Origin: Octopus sinensis | Taxonomy: Eukaryota | Reading direction: 5' to 3' | DNA length: 64,000 nt | Assembly: GCF_006345805.1 (NCBI RefSeq) | Contig: NW_021832231.1 | Location: forward strand, 682,001-746,000 | Shown here: positions 13,504 to 26,089 of the stretch, in pieces | Layout of the letters: each line of letters opens with the position of its first letter | How positions within the stretch are numbered: position 1 is the stretch's first letter | Made by a program: the position numbers and the translations under genes | Notes under the pieces: model-generated | Told to the model about the DNA's origin: nothing | Database searches by the model: none | Seen by the model: only the letters and a program-made list of their open reading frames with translations

Positions 13504-13881
13504 CTACCTCGGAAACCAGAGTTACATCAAGCATAGCTGGTGCTCCATCTGTGGTGCATGCACTAAGATTTTGCCACAATAGGCCTATCATAAGTAAAAA
13601 ATCAAAAAGGTACCTTCTGTTTCAAAAAAACAATTAACTGCATCGAAAATATCAGAACCTTTTGTGTTTAAGGTAAGGAATAGTTGAACAAAAAATTCTT
13701 CCTTAATATTTTCCATATAAATATATCGCAACATAAACGAGTAACTGAGAGCAATTTGCTACATCTGTTGATTCATCCAATGAATGAAAATTTTCAAAGC
13801 AGCACTTTTTATTTCAGTTAAGAACTAATAATAATAACCAGAAAATAACTTGTTCTTTTATGTTTTCGGATAGATCTCGTA

Positions 13882-15392
13882 CAGTACCGCTCAAATGTTT
13901 CGGACCACCCTATTTTTCTCAATTTCCAAGTCAATCCTAAATTATTTTTATACGGTTCTTTAGAGAAACTTATTAGATAAGCTTAAATACATTTATTCTA
14001 TTCTAAAATTTCTTTAAATATTTTTGTTTGGCGCCAATTGAATATAATTGATTTTTGACTCGATCATATGTTCCGGACCAGTTGCAATCATATGTTTCGA
14101 ACCAGTTAAATCTCTTTAATTTAAATAATTTTTGATTCAATAAAAACAAAAGACTAATAAATAACAAATGCCGCGTGTTTCACTGGTTGATCGGGTCGCT
14201 ATCATCACTTTTTTTAAAGATGGAGCTTCACAAAGAGAAATTGCCGAAAAATTAAAAATATCCAAAACTGCTGTTCAAAGAACAATTTCCAGATATTCAT
14301 CCGTTGGACTATATTCCGACAGACCCAAATCTGGTCGACCGAGATTGTTATCCCCAAGATCTGAACGCAAATTAGTGAGAATTTCGAAAGCAGACCCCAC
14401 AAAAACGGCAAATCAAATTAAATTTGATATGAAATTAAATTCTATTGTAAGCACAAATACAATTAAAAGATGCCTACAAAGAAATAATTTGAATGGGCGA
14501 AAGCAATGCCCAAAACCAAGTCTTTCCATATGCCATAAAAAGGCTAGAAAAAATTGGTGCATTGAGAAATTAACTTGGAGCCAAAATGATTGGGGTAAAA
14601 TTATTTTTAGTGATGAATGCAAAATAAATTTGCATTCAAACACAAAAAATTATGTTAGAAGGCCACCAAACTCTAGATTTGACTCAAAATATTGTTTAAA
14701 AACACGAAAATTTTCTCCTAGCATTATGGTCTGGGGAGCTATTGCTGCAAATGGATGGAGAAACATTGTCTTATGCATTAAAAATGTTGATTCCGCAGAG
14801 TATCAGAGAATTATAAATGTTGGACTCGAAAATTTTTATGATGAGACCATGTATCTCCAGCAAGACGGCGCTCCTTCCCATCGGTCCATGTCGACAATGA
14901 ATTTTTTCAAAGGTAAAAATCTTAGAAACTTGGCCGAGCCAGTCACCCGAACTGAATATTATTGAAAATATGTGGTCGGTACTAAAACAAAAACTTTATG
15001 ATCTGGAACCAAAAGATCTTCCAGAGCTCTGGAATTTGACCAAAAAAATTTGGTACGAGATTGATAATTCGTACATTGAAAAATTATACAATTCACTTCC
15101 AGAGCGAATAAATGCTGTTATAACGAACAACGGAGGAAATATTAATTATTAACTTTTTATAAGTTTAATAAATTTTCGGTTTTTTTTAAACTGGTCCGGA
15201 ACATATGATCGAGTATAAAATCGATAATTTTAAAATTGCGCCAAACATGAATATCTGTCCAAGTTTTTAAAATAGAATAAATGTGTTTAAGCTTATCTAA
15301 TAAGTTTCTCTAAAGAACCGTATAAAAATAATTTAGGATTGACTTGGAAATTGAGAAAAAATAGGGTGGTCCGAAACATTTGAGCGGTACTG
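13882..15392 (+). mobile_element. Tc1 DNA transposon with ~220-bp IR/DR-type inverted repeats
   Basis: TA TSD at 13880-13881 and 15393-15394; TIR starts CAGTACCGCTCAAATGTTTCGGACCACCC; outer and inner ATGTT(T/C)CGGACCA direct repeats within each IR. Confidence 0.95.
14168..15152 (+). pseudogene. Tc1 DD34E transposase with one frameshift
   Basis: Paired HTH, GRPR, FSDE, VWGAI, QQDGAPSH; then WPSQSPELNIIENMW continues in another frame after about 14930 (consistent with a 5-nt deletion). Confidence 0.9.
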
Positions 15393-16427
15393 TATTCTTC
15401 TATTGACAGGTATCATTTGAACATGGAATTTTTCGAACAATATGCTCCATTTATTGCAGGGAAACATTCAAACATGTCCTTAATGCACGGTTATAATAAG
15501 ATTCTCGCCAATTGTATGTGGTTTTTTGGCTTTTCCGATCCGATATGGAAATCATGTAAGAGAGTTTTGATAGTAAAAAATTAATGTCAAAATTGAAAGA
15601 ATCGTCTATTTTCCGAATATTATCTTTTTGTTCTTAAAAAAGTCATTGGTTTTCCGATAGTTTCGAAATGATTAGAAACTTGATGCCGAGAAAGTAATGA
15701 AGGTTTCATGGATTCAGGGCAAAGAATCTTTTGGCAAATAATACACTGCGGATGTGGCACACCGTTTTTAATCACAAAATAAAATCCATAGTTGAGATAA
15801 CTATCGTTGTATTTTCGAATCTTGTTAACAGGTAAACTCATAAGAAAAACTAGTAGCGTGGAGATTTATTTTATTATTAATTATTTAATTTAATTATGAT
15901 TTTTATTATAATAGAATTAATAACTTTTTATGTTGAAACGAAAATTAAATAGATTTTCAAAAAATTTTCGCGTACCCCCTACAGAATTTCGCGTACCCCT
16001 AGGGGTACGCGTACCCCAGTTTGAGAACCACTGCCTTATTGTAATGGGTGTAAATAACATATTTTCCAATGTTGAAATTTTTAAAACACCTTGGAATTTT
16101 GAATCTTCCTATCATTACAGGCCTTCTTTTATCAAACCAGAACAATTTGGTAATAATAGTAAAGAAAATCGATCCTTCGACAACTTTATCCCAGGCCTTG
16201 ATTTAGTGCACACACTTTTAGAAGGAATCGCCTTGTAAAAAACACCAGTTTCATCTGCATTATAAACATTGTCCAATCCATATTGTTCAATTTTTAAACT
16301 AATTGTTTCATTAAAATCAGCAATAGATTTTTCATCATGATTTACTGATCCACTGTCTCCATGAAATTTTCTTAACTTGATACCATTTCGTAATTTAAAC
16401 TTTTCTAGCCACCCACGACTTGCTTTA

Positions 16428-16650
16428 GGTAATCTACAATTTTAGTCAATGTATAAAAATTTCTGGGCATTGTTAATACTAATCTGCGGCAGAAAGAGAT
16501 ACTGCCGACGAAATCAAAGTCACGAAATCAAGGTCATCAGGAAATTTTTTTAGTCAAAAGGTTTATTGATCTAAATTAGTTACAAATGTTAAGTATTCAT
16601 GTGATCGATTCAAAAAATGATTTAAAAATTGAGTAAAATCGTAGATTACC
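16428..16650. mobile_element. 223-bp MITE with GG termini and 8-bp TSD (Merlin-like, family tentative)
   Basis: TIR GGTAATCTAC(A/G)ATTTT, 16 bp with one mismatch; TSD TTGCTTTA at 16420-16427 and 16651-16658. Excision restores the Tigger motif FKASRGW. Confidence 0.85.
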
Positions 16651-17399
16651 TTGCTTTAAATTTTGGATCATTTATTCTAAATTTAAGAGCTTTTGCAATT
16701 AACTTCCATTAAGTCAATTCATGTTATCATCGCTACATCAATTTCATTAAATTTGAGTTTTGGAATTCTCGTTATGTTTAATTTTTTGATATCAGTCCTA
16801 TTCAAAAGGTCCGATTTTGATTTAAGGTTCTTTATAGTTCTCGAAGAAATTTTCTTTTTTTAATCGTGGAGAAAAAATCCTGGAAATTTGAGGTGTCTGA
16901 AACAAATGGGTTGTCAGAAATATAACGTAGTATAAAAATTTTTTCTAATACTTGAGGAGCGGATTCGAAAAAAAGCGGATTCGAGAATCATTCATAGGAA
17001 ATTTCAAATTTTTGATTAAAACAAGCGGATTCGAGAGGTCTCACTGTATTAATATTTCGCCCTGCTGATATTTTTACAATTTGTTTAAATGTGTAGTGAA
17101 ACTTTTTAAGACATCTGTTAATAATAGTCCGACTGATATTTATCCGATATTCAGAAAAAAGCATGCCTTTTAACTTTGATAGTGTCAATAATGGATTATC
17201 ATCAATCAAACTAAGAATGTGGTTGAACCGATGACATGGTTCTTAAAGTTATGTCTTTTCACACGTTTCGAATAATCTGTTCACTTTGGAGTCATTCAAC
17301 GTTCGGAGCTTAAAAGAAAAACGAAAAAAGAAGGATCTAATAAATGATTTAACATCATATAAGGTCACCATATGCATTTTAAAACGAACGATGCAGTTG

Positions 17400-19600
17400 A
17401 GGAGAATTACGGAAAGTTTAGACTCCTACTTCTAAACTCCGAATGCAATTACTACTGACTTGGGTTTGTTATAGATCGTTGTCTTGATGGGAAAATCGAA
17501 TTAAAAGTCAGCAAAAATCCTACAAACTGGATTCATTCTACATGTTACTAACGAACATTATTTCTGACTTTAGAAGCTAGTGGATGACCTTTGTATGTGG
17601 ATATTGAACTGCAAAAGTTGGCCACTGTACTTGAAGAGAACCCCGTATGGGCAGGCATGCTAGAGGTTAAAGAAATATGTGAGGGTAGTCTCTCGTACAA
17701 TTCTGTAACGCGTTTGGTTACTTCATCTGCAACTCGGCATTTCATCATAATGCGAGACACAAGGCTACATGTACCGGGCTCAGAAAAGATGGAAATTACG
17801 TCCACGTATACAACCAGATATTACTATGTCGCGAGCACAGCGAGCGACCGAGCGCAGCGAGCGACCACTCAATTCTAGATCCGATCAATCAACAAATCTA
17901 TAAATTGACAAATACCCAGGCTGGTATTTGGGTTTAAATATATTCGATAACAAAATTTAAAATCGATGCCAAAGCAGAATGAGCTTTAAACCGATTTCAT
18001 AATAAAATAATATTTTAAAATTTATAATGGATATTTTAGAATAATGAGAAAAAATCTAAATGCTTCATAATTATTAAATGTCAAAAACAAGAATCTTCTG
18101 AAGGAGCAAGCTGTCTGCACAGTTCATTTTGATTAGAAGACCTAATTTTAGAGATTAAAACGAAAAAAGCAATGAGATCTGTTAAATTATTACCCCCCTC
18201 ACAACCTAAACCAAATTAGCGTTCAGTATTCATTGATTTACTTTTTCTATTAAGGTCTACTTATAAATTATTTTATGGATTCAATGGAAAACTTAAGTTA
18301 TTTAAATTTTAATTTTAAATCATGTTAAAATTTTAAATAATTTAATAAATATATTTGTTGATGACAGGCTTGTTAGCTGTCAAAGTCGCGTCTAGCGCTC
18401 GGTCGCGCGCTGCGCTCGCGACATACTACATACTATGCAAAAAACCTTTTTGTGCGCTATTAACAGACTCCCGCCGATATGATGGCAAGATCACCTACAG
18501 TTATTATAAACTGCTTGTTTCAAAATTCAGGATAGAAAGATATTTTGGAATAGATGGGGCTCGAAAGAAAAGAGCCAACCTGGACAGTTTTGGAAAAATT
18601 ATGCCTATGTGACAAGAAAAGTGAAAATTACTGTATGGAAATTAATAAGAAAATTATGAACATAATTATGGAAAATCCCTCTGCAGTGATTTGGGATGCT
18701 ACAGTTGAGGGAATAAAGAAAGCAAGTACCAATTTGCCTGGGAAAAAGGCTGGCTAGATTCAAAGGAGTGTTTGATCGCCGGATTGAACCATTATCAATT
18801 AAACAAAAAAATTACGAATCAAAATGAGATTGTGCACAAATCCTGATACTTATAACAAGTTAAGAAAAGAAAAAAATCGTGTTGTCAAAAAGATTACAAG
18901 AAAAAGGAATGAAATCTATTTCAAGAAAATTGACGAACGTGGGGTGACATCGAGAGACTGGGACACGGAACACAATTCACGACAGCCTAGGGAAAAATGT
19001 TTTGGACAATAAAGAAAACCGGACATTTTTTAAGAATCACCAGAAAGTCTGAATCTACTTAAAATCAACCATTTAAACAACAACAAGGCAGTTGGACCAG
19101 AAACTTAATGGTGGAATTTTAATTCCTTTGCATAAACCAGGAAAGAGCAAGGAACCGCTAAAAAATGTAAGACAAGTGATATTACTGCGAACATTGAGAA
19201 AAATACAATCTCTGATTATTCTCAGTCAGATATCTTCTGATGTTTATGATTTCTTGTCATCGGGATAGAGTGGATTCACGAGGGGTCGCTCGACCGCACT
19301 TGCCGTCTTTTCATACAAATGAATATGTTCCGTGTGTCAACGATACTAGAGTGATTTCAAAATACTGAGAATGGGCATGCTCAGTGCTTTTGATACTTTT
19401 AACAGGGAAAATTTTTGGATGCAATTGAGATCTTTTTCGATAAAGATAATACGAGGCTGATTTGTTTTCTATTGTCTAATACTGAATTAACTGTACGGGT
19501 TAGGAATATGACATCGATGCCTTTTGCAAAAACACCTGGGACTCTTATCTCCGGTTTTATTTATCATATACCTGGAGGCCTCTCTGAGAGCTCTCAGAAC
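17400..19600 (+). mobile_element. RTE-like LINE remnant (APE endonuclease end to RT start), interrupted by a MITE
   Basis: NQI-YILCKKPFCALLTDSRRYDG (end of APE domain, rejoined across the MITE); later LNNNKAVGP, MLSAFDTF and LLSNTELTVRV RT-like motifs, with many stops. Confidence 0.65.
17827..18423. mobile_element. 597-bp MITE with TGT...ACA ends and 5-bp TSD (Ginger-type termini)
   Basis: Imperfect IR of ~28 bp, TGTCGCGAGC(A/G)CAGCG(A/C)GCGACCGAGCGC; TSD TACTA at 17822-17826 and 18424-18428. Confidence 0.85.
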
Positions 19601-19699
19601 TAAATCTGTAGAATCAAAGTCAATGGAAATTATATATTAAAATGACAAAAATTAATAAATAGACATTTAATTGTTATTTTTTAAACGAGACATCAACAC

Positions 19700-20200
19700 C
19701 GATTTTTTCTTACCATTTAAAAATTCGACCTAAACATGAATTTTTGCCTATACCTCTACGCGTGAATTGGACAACATTGTAACTATTTCGCAAGTATCGG
19801 AATACCTGGATTCAAATTTATCCAACTAGATCCTTTGCAATTCGAACCTTAATGAGATTAAAAAATAATTTACTTTATCCCCTATGGAATAATTGTATTT
19901 ACTAAAATGCAAGCCCATTTTTCTATTCATCCTCTTGTATTGGATGTATATCGATTTTCAGCCAACCGGCTTTGGCCGGGGTATTCATTTTTTCTGAAAA
20001 TGCCCCGACTAACCCCTTCTTAATTTTTTTATTCGGAAATAGTTCTGACATGACCCTTATACCTAAACATATTCAAGTGTCAGAAACCACGCTGTTAAAA
20101 TTAATTTACTTTGATTTCTTTATTAGTGAACTTTTAATAATCAGTTTTTTTGTTGAAAATGATATTGGACACTAATGCTTTGGCTTTCGACGTTAAAGCT
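19700..20200 (-). mobile_element. Ginger/KRBA2-like integrase C-terminal remnant
   Basis: KMGLHFSKYNYSIGDKV...RFELQRI*LDKFESRY...EIVTMLSNSRVEV, homologous to the C-terminus of the integrase remnant at 46960-47725. Confidence 0.5.
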
Positions 20201-20426
20201 CAAAAAACTATAATAAACTAAAGAAAAAAATAAACAGTGAAAGAGATACTGTTGTACGGCAATCTAAAATAATTTTGGGAATAATTTTAAAGAGACATCA
20301 AATCAGGCAGCTAAAATGAGTTCTCTAAAGTTCAAAGGGTGGTTCGTATTACAAATTCAATTCTCTTCGCATTATTTTAATTAAAAAAGTGCTCAATAAA
20401 TATAACTACATTATTTGTAGTTAAAT

Positions 20427-20524
20427 CTAGTTGGGAGAATCGGTGAACTGATCTCCAGAAGACGTCGGGAGCCTCGGAAGAAGCAATAGCTGTTCTAAAG
20501 AATCTCCATTGCGATTCTGAGGAG
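20427..20524 (+). mobile_element. CRE retrotransposon extreme C-terminal coding fragment
   Basis: LVGRIGELISRRRREPRKKQ*LF*RISIAILR matches the CRE C-terminal WLFQRISIAILRGN motif. Confidence 0.65.
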
Positions 20525-21900
20525 TAAGTCATATGGACAAGTTATCGATTGAAGAAGGGAGTAAAACATACATTCAGTCGATTTTGCCAAAGATGACGTT
20601 CTAGAGCAGGGGTGCGCCGCATGCGGCCGAGAGTCGATGAATGTGCGGCCGTGGGCACAATTAGGTCATCGAGCAACTAATCTTAAATATAATGCTCATA
20701 GTGTTAATTAATCAAGAAAAACCCTAAATAATAATTAAAAATATTCATATTAAATAAAATTCTATTTTTATATAATGGTTAACCTCATTGCCGAACAAAC
20801 GCTGGAACACGATCTGAAACACGTGGGTAAAACCTTGAAAAAATGCGAGGACTTGGACGAACTGCGATGGCTTGCACAAAACCGCAGAGGATGGAAAACG
20901 ATGGTTAAGAAGATTGTATCGTGTGTGGCACGTGTGGGAATATAACTCTTTCCTTTCCTTGTTTATGTTCCTACGGGAAGTGCTAATAATAATGATAACC
21001 TCATTGATCTCATTGATGCCAAAATAATTAATTATGACGATCTTACACCAAATACATTTAATACTATATTCGATTATATTTTGAAACAATTTGAAGAGCG
21101 ATTTAACGAATTTAAAAAAATTGAACTCAAACTTCAATTAACTGCAGCACCACATACTGTTTCGATTGAGAATGCGCCATTGGAATTTCAAATTGAATTA
21201 TTGAAATTAAAAAATGATTTAATTTTGATAAATAAATTTAATGAAAGCGAAGATTTGTTGAATGTATGGAAATCAGCGACAGATTATTCAAATTTACGTG
21301 AAATGGCAAGAAATATTCTCGTTTTATTCGGAAGCACATATTTATGTGAGTCTACATTTTCCAAAATGAAATATTTAAAAAGTCAATATAGATCTCGGAT
21401 AACGGACGCAAACTTAGAGTCATGTTTGCGCATAATGATATCTACCCTACCAGTGGATTTCAATAAGCTCGCAAAAAATACCAAAGATCCTGGCCGTCAT
21501 TAGAATAACTTGTATAATACATTTCTTTTAATTAATTTTCCTTCTTTCTTATCTTTTTTGCATGAAATAAGTATTTATTTTAATAATATGACGTCCCTGA
21601 TGAACGAGAGCATTTCCTGTCCAAGAACTTATTCGGTCTCGATGACAATGGGGAACTTATGCGGTCACTTTTAATAATTAAAAAAATTACTATATTAATA
21701 TCGAAAAAATAATGCAGAAAATGTGCGGCCGTGGAAGAAAAGGAAAAAAATGCTATGCGGCCGCAAACCCAAAAAGCTTGCGCACCCCTGTTCTAGAGTA
21801 TGATCATTGAACACCGACACGAAGTGAAGGTAGACAACGCCTCTGCCAATAAACTTGCGGAGCTGGCATTCCGCGAGGACACTCAGTTGAACAAAAAAAT
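20525..21900 (+). mobile_element. R4-like RLE retrotransposon 3' fragment (paralogous to 2315-2500), split by a hAT element
   Basis: 20525-20606 and 21791-21900 align to 2315-2500 (CATATGGACAAGTTATC...; GAGCTGGCAT..CGCGAGGACACTCAGTTGAACAA). Confidence 0.8.
20607..21790 (+). mobile_element. Non-autonomous hAT (Buster/SPIN, GTF2IRD2-like) element
   Basis: 11-bp TIR CAGGGGTGCGC; 8-bp TSD TTCTAGAG at 20599-20606 and 21791-21798. ORF 21081..21503 has the hAT dimerisation motif LFGSTYLCESTFSKMKYLKSQYRSR. Confidence 0.93.
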
Positions 21901-22036
21901 TGACTTCGATTTACCAGGTTTCGGTATCATTCGAAGGATCGTACATTTCCATGTCGATAGTTAAATAGGTTATTTTTTTAATCAATAGTTAAATAAATTA
22001 TTTTTAAAACTGAGAAGTTAAACGTTTCACATCGAA

Positions 22037-22990
22037 ATGTCTAGGTGAGCTATTAATTGTTCAATATTTTTAAAAGAATTATCACATATGAAGATATTGT
22101 AATTATGAGTGATTATATCGCCAGCAAAATGATTGTCAAGCCAAAAATTGGAATAGTCTGTGGAACTGGTCTCGGAGATATAAACAGCATGATTACTAAC
22201 CCTCTTATTATAAAATTCGAAAATATCCCAAAACTACCAAGAACCACGGGTAAAGAAAAAAGTTTTAAAATAGTCGATTCCCATGCCGGACAATTCGTTA
22301 TAGGAAACCTGGCTTGTGGCACGCCAGTCATCTGTCAGCAGGGAAGATATCATCTTTACGAAGGCCATGATCAATCCACTGTATTAACAAATTAATAACC
22401 CAGATTGTTGCCCCAATTCGACTTATGAAATTCTTGGGTGTCGAAATTGTCATTTTAACGAATGCTGCGGGCGGGATCAATCAATCTTATTGTTGTGGAG
22501 ATATAATGGTGATAAAGGACCATCTCTACTTTCCCGGTTTGGTTGGAAACAGTCCTCTAATTGGACCGAATGATGCTCGATTTGGGGATAGATTTCCATC
22601 CTTGTATAACTTGTACGACAGGGATCTGAGGAGCAAGTTATTGGACTGTGCTCGGGAGTTGAATTTTGACTTTGTTAGAGAAGGAATTTACGCGTCGGTC
22701 GCCGGACCGCACTTTGAGACGAATTTTGAGATGAGGTTTTTGATGAAAAATGGTTGTGATGCAGTTGGTATTGGTTTGTTATATAAAATGAAGGAATGAG
22801 CACTTCTGGTGAAGCCATTACTGCAGTTCATTGTGGAATGAAAGTTGTGGCCTTGTCTACAATTTCTGATGTGTATAAAGATGATGAGAATTTTCAAAAT
22901 GTCGCGGATGTTAATGATATCACCGCTGTTCTTTCCAATAGTGTCGTTCATGTTAGAAGACTCATCGAGAAATTTGTTAGCAAGATTTAG
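22037..22990 (+). CDS. PNP: Purine nucleoside phosphorylase (trimeric PNP family), spliced
   Basis: TYED, PKIGIVCGTGLG, HAGQFVIG, GRYHLYEG, LTNAAGG, GPNDARFGDRF, REGIY...GPHFET, GCDAVG/MST, HCGMKV; several short introns. Confidence 0.93.
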
Positions 22991-23094
22991 AATCAATCTT
23001 TAATCATTTATTTGGTTTTTGGTATTAATAATTTTTAACGACATCGACTCGTCTTATTTTAAAATAGAATTTTAAAGCTTTGATTTTATCATTT

Positions 23095-23290
23095 CCTGAC
23101 CGAATTAATTTTCCGTTCAAGGGGGGACTCGCTCTCGTTTGGGACGTGACCTGTGTCGACTCGTTTTCCTCGTCATCTCTCATGGATTCTGCCTCCCGCC
23201 CTGGCTCAGCCTCCGCACATGCCGAAACAAAAAAAATAACAAAGTATGCCTCATTGGAGAACACCTGCCTTTTCGTCCCCCAGTTTGCTT
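23095..23290 (+). mobile_element. CRE retrotransposon RLE-domain fragment
   Basis: PD...FPFKGGLALVWDVTCVDSFS...AHAETKKITKY matches the RLE segment of copies 2 and 3. Confidence 0.75.
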
Positions 23291-23691
23291 TAAGGTCCAC
23301 TCTGCTTTTGGTGAGACCCACTTTAAACCTGAAATGGTATAGATCATTTTAATTACAAACGCGTATCTGGTTAAATTCAAGTATATATGGTGGAAGGGCC
23401 ACGTTATCCACAGTGATTTTAATATCCCATTTAATATGTAAGAGCTGAAGGAATGAAAGGTGTAAAAGACTAATATATCAAACCATTTCAAAGCAAAATG
23501 GCATATTTTGATTTCCAATGTGCAGCCTTAGAGCAATAATTTTAAACTTTTCAAGTTTTATTATAACTTTAAAAATATTAGTCCAGATTAAATGTTACTA
23601 CACAAATAAGGCATTCCTGTACAAAATCATAGTACAATAAACTAAAAAATAAAATGAACTCAGTATCTCAAAAAACGATAAGTTTAACAAA

Positions 23692-24074
23692 TTAAGCAGT
23701 TTCTCTTCCAACTAAATTATGTTCTCTGCAGTGCTGAGTGAACGTTTTATTTACTTCCTCGATCTGAGCTTTTAGTTTTTCCAATGTGGCCGTAATTTGG
23801 ACTGTTGTCTTCTGTAGAATAGGAATCACTTCTTCTGCAGTTTTCTCAACTAGTACAGCCCCAATGCGACGAAGACACCTCCTTTTACCATCCACCTGAC
23901 TGAGAGTTTCGATTATATTTCTAATTATGATATACACACCAAAACTCACTCATGCTCACGTTGTTCTATTTCAAGTTCTGCTACGTTAGAGTCCAGTGAT
24001 ATAAGTTGTTGTCTTAAATCATTATATTTCTTAATCGCCGCTTCTTTTGAAGGTGCACTTACATCAGTACTCAT
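23692..24074 (-). CDS. PFDN2: Prefoldin subunit 2, two exons
   Basis: MSTD...KYNDLRQQ...VAELEIEQREHE / IIETLSQVDGKRRCLRRIGAVLVEKTAEEVIPIL; one ~29-nt intron. Confidence 0.88.
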
Positions 24075-24362
24075 TTGAGAACCTCACAACAGGATACACT
24101 AAAACTTAAATAGCTAAGCATTTTTATATTATTTTTAATATAATACTTTTGTTATTTAACAAAATAAACATAATCTTAATCACTTTGGAAGAGACAGATT
24201 ATATAGTTTATTGTCACTTACTCTTGATGATGCTAACGTAGAGAATTGTGGTGTCTAAATATGTTTATTGGCAGGTAAATTGCCAACTATATTAATTTTA
24301 GACAAAGCGATTGCTTAAACCCAAATCAAAAATTGCGTTAATCATGATCCCAGAGGTCAATA

Positions 24363-25828
24363 CAGTGGGGCAAATAAGTCATGGCACACCTATCATTTTT
24401 TTAATTCAATATATTTTTACAATGATAACTTTTTCGATTTAGTTCATCATGCTACACAATAAAATCTTGCATTCTTTTGAACCCATTTCGTGCTAATTAT
24501 ATTCATGAATTTCAAATAAATATAATTGTTTTTGCTTCATATTTAGAAAAACGTCAAATTTGATGTGTAAAAAAGTGATGACACTATCAAAAAATATGGA
24601 TTTTTTTGACAATAAGATACAAATGATTATCTTTTGGTGCCTTGTTAAGTTATGGAGAGATTTCTAAATTGTTGATATTACCAAAAAGTACTGTTCGAAA
24701 TATTATTACTCGATGGAAGCAACGCGGAACTGTTATTAATAAACCAAGATCGGGTGCTCCAAAAAAGATATCTCTGCGTTCTTCTTCATTAATGAAAAGA
24801 TTAGTTACTTCAAACCCAAAAATAACTCGAAAAGAATTGGCCGATAATTTAAAAATCACAGGAACGTCAGTGTCCCTTCGTACAATCACTTCTATACTAC
24901 GCAAAGAAGGTATCAATAAGCGAAGGCCCCGTCGAGTTCCGTTATTACAGAAAATACACCTTTCAGCGCGAATCCAATATGCAAAAAATCTTTTGAACAA
25001 AGAAAATGAATTCATAAACAATATTTTGTGGTCGGACGAATCAAAAATACAACTTTTCGGACTGAACTATACGCTTTCAATTTGGCGCAAATCAAATCAG
25101 GCGTATATCCCAAAATGCACCATACCTACCGTAAAGCATGGGGGAGGTAGTATCATGTTGTGGGGTTGTTTTTCATCAACAGGTGTTGGTGAACTATTTG
25201 TAATTGATGGAATGATGAATTCTCTTAAATATTGCGAAATTTTGGAAAAATGTCTTTTACCTTCGGTCACGAACTTAAATTTGACACAACATTGGACATT
25301 CCAGCATGACAACGATCCTAAGCACAAGTCAAAAGTAACCGTTAAATGGTTAGAAAAAAACAAAATAAATGTTTTGGAATGGCCAAGTCAATCGCCAGAC
25401 CTGAATCCCATCAAAAACTTATGGAAAATATTAAAAATAAAAGTTGGCTTAAGAAAACCAACAAATATCCAGGAATTAAAAACAATTTGCTACGAAGAAT
25501 GGAAAAATATTTCTAAAGTAGAATGTCAAAAACTAATTTTTTCTTACAAAAAACGATTGGAAGCAGTTCTGCTAGCAAAAGGGAATCCAAATAAATATTA
25601 ATTGGATTTCGTGCCATTACTTTTTTCCCTCAAAAAATTGACTTTTAAAAATAAATCGTTAATTAGTGCACTATTAATAATTCCCTTTAAGATAGTTTTT
25701 TTAATAATTTATCTAAAAAGTTCTATATTACTAATTTATTTTTTAAAGTAATGTATTTAATCATTTTTTGCAAAGAATTGTTAAATTTAGTCAAAATTTG
25801 CAAAGGTGCCATGACTTTTGCCTTACTG
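24363..25828 (+). mobile_element. Tc1 DNA transposon
   Basis: TA TSD at 24361-24362 and 25829-25830; imperfect TIRs CAGTGGGGCAAATAAGTCATGGCAC and CAGTAAGGCAAAAGTCATGGCAC. Confidence 0.92.
24642..25601 (+). CDS. Tc1 transposase, open frame but third catalytic E changed to K and no ATG at the start
   Basis: WSDESK, TVKHGGGSIMLWGCF, FQHDNDPKH, WPSQSPDLNPIKNLW; AAA at 25413-25415 in place of GAA. Confidence 0.88.
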   Translation: MLSYGEISKLLILPKSTVRNIITRWKQRGTVINKPRSGAPKKISLRSSSLMKRLVTSNPKITRKELADNLKITGTSVSLRTITSILRKEGINKRRPRRVPLLQKIHLSARIQYAKNLLNKENEFINNILWSDESKIQLFGLNYTLSIWRKSNQAYIPKCTIPTVKHGGGSIMLWGCFSSTGVGELFVIDGMMNSLKYCEILEKCLLPSVTNLNLTQHWTFQHDNDPKHKSKVTVKWLEKNKINVLEWPSQSPDLNPIKNLWKILKIKVGLRKPTNIQELKTICYEEWKNISKVECQKLIFSYKKRLEAVLLAKGNPNKY

Positions 25829-26089
25829 TATATTGTCTATTTGTTGATTTACGTCGTTATTGTTCTTTGAGTGGAACCTATTTTTGGGTAATTTAGTTTG
25901 AAATATGATTAGTGTGGTGCTGATTGATTCATTTTTAAAATTTGGTGTAGTTGAAAGTTCACTTACCAAGCAAGTGAGATGTCAAGAATTGTAAATAATA
26001 TTTTTGTTTTATCGTACCAGCTATTATGCGGATAATTGAAAAAGATTTAGAAATCAGCACATACTGTACGGGAAATATTCCATCTCTTA

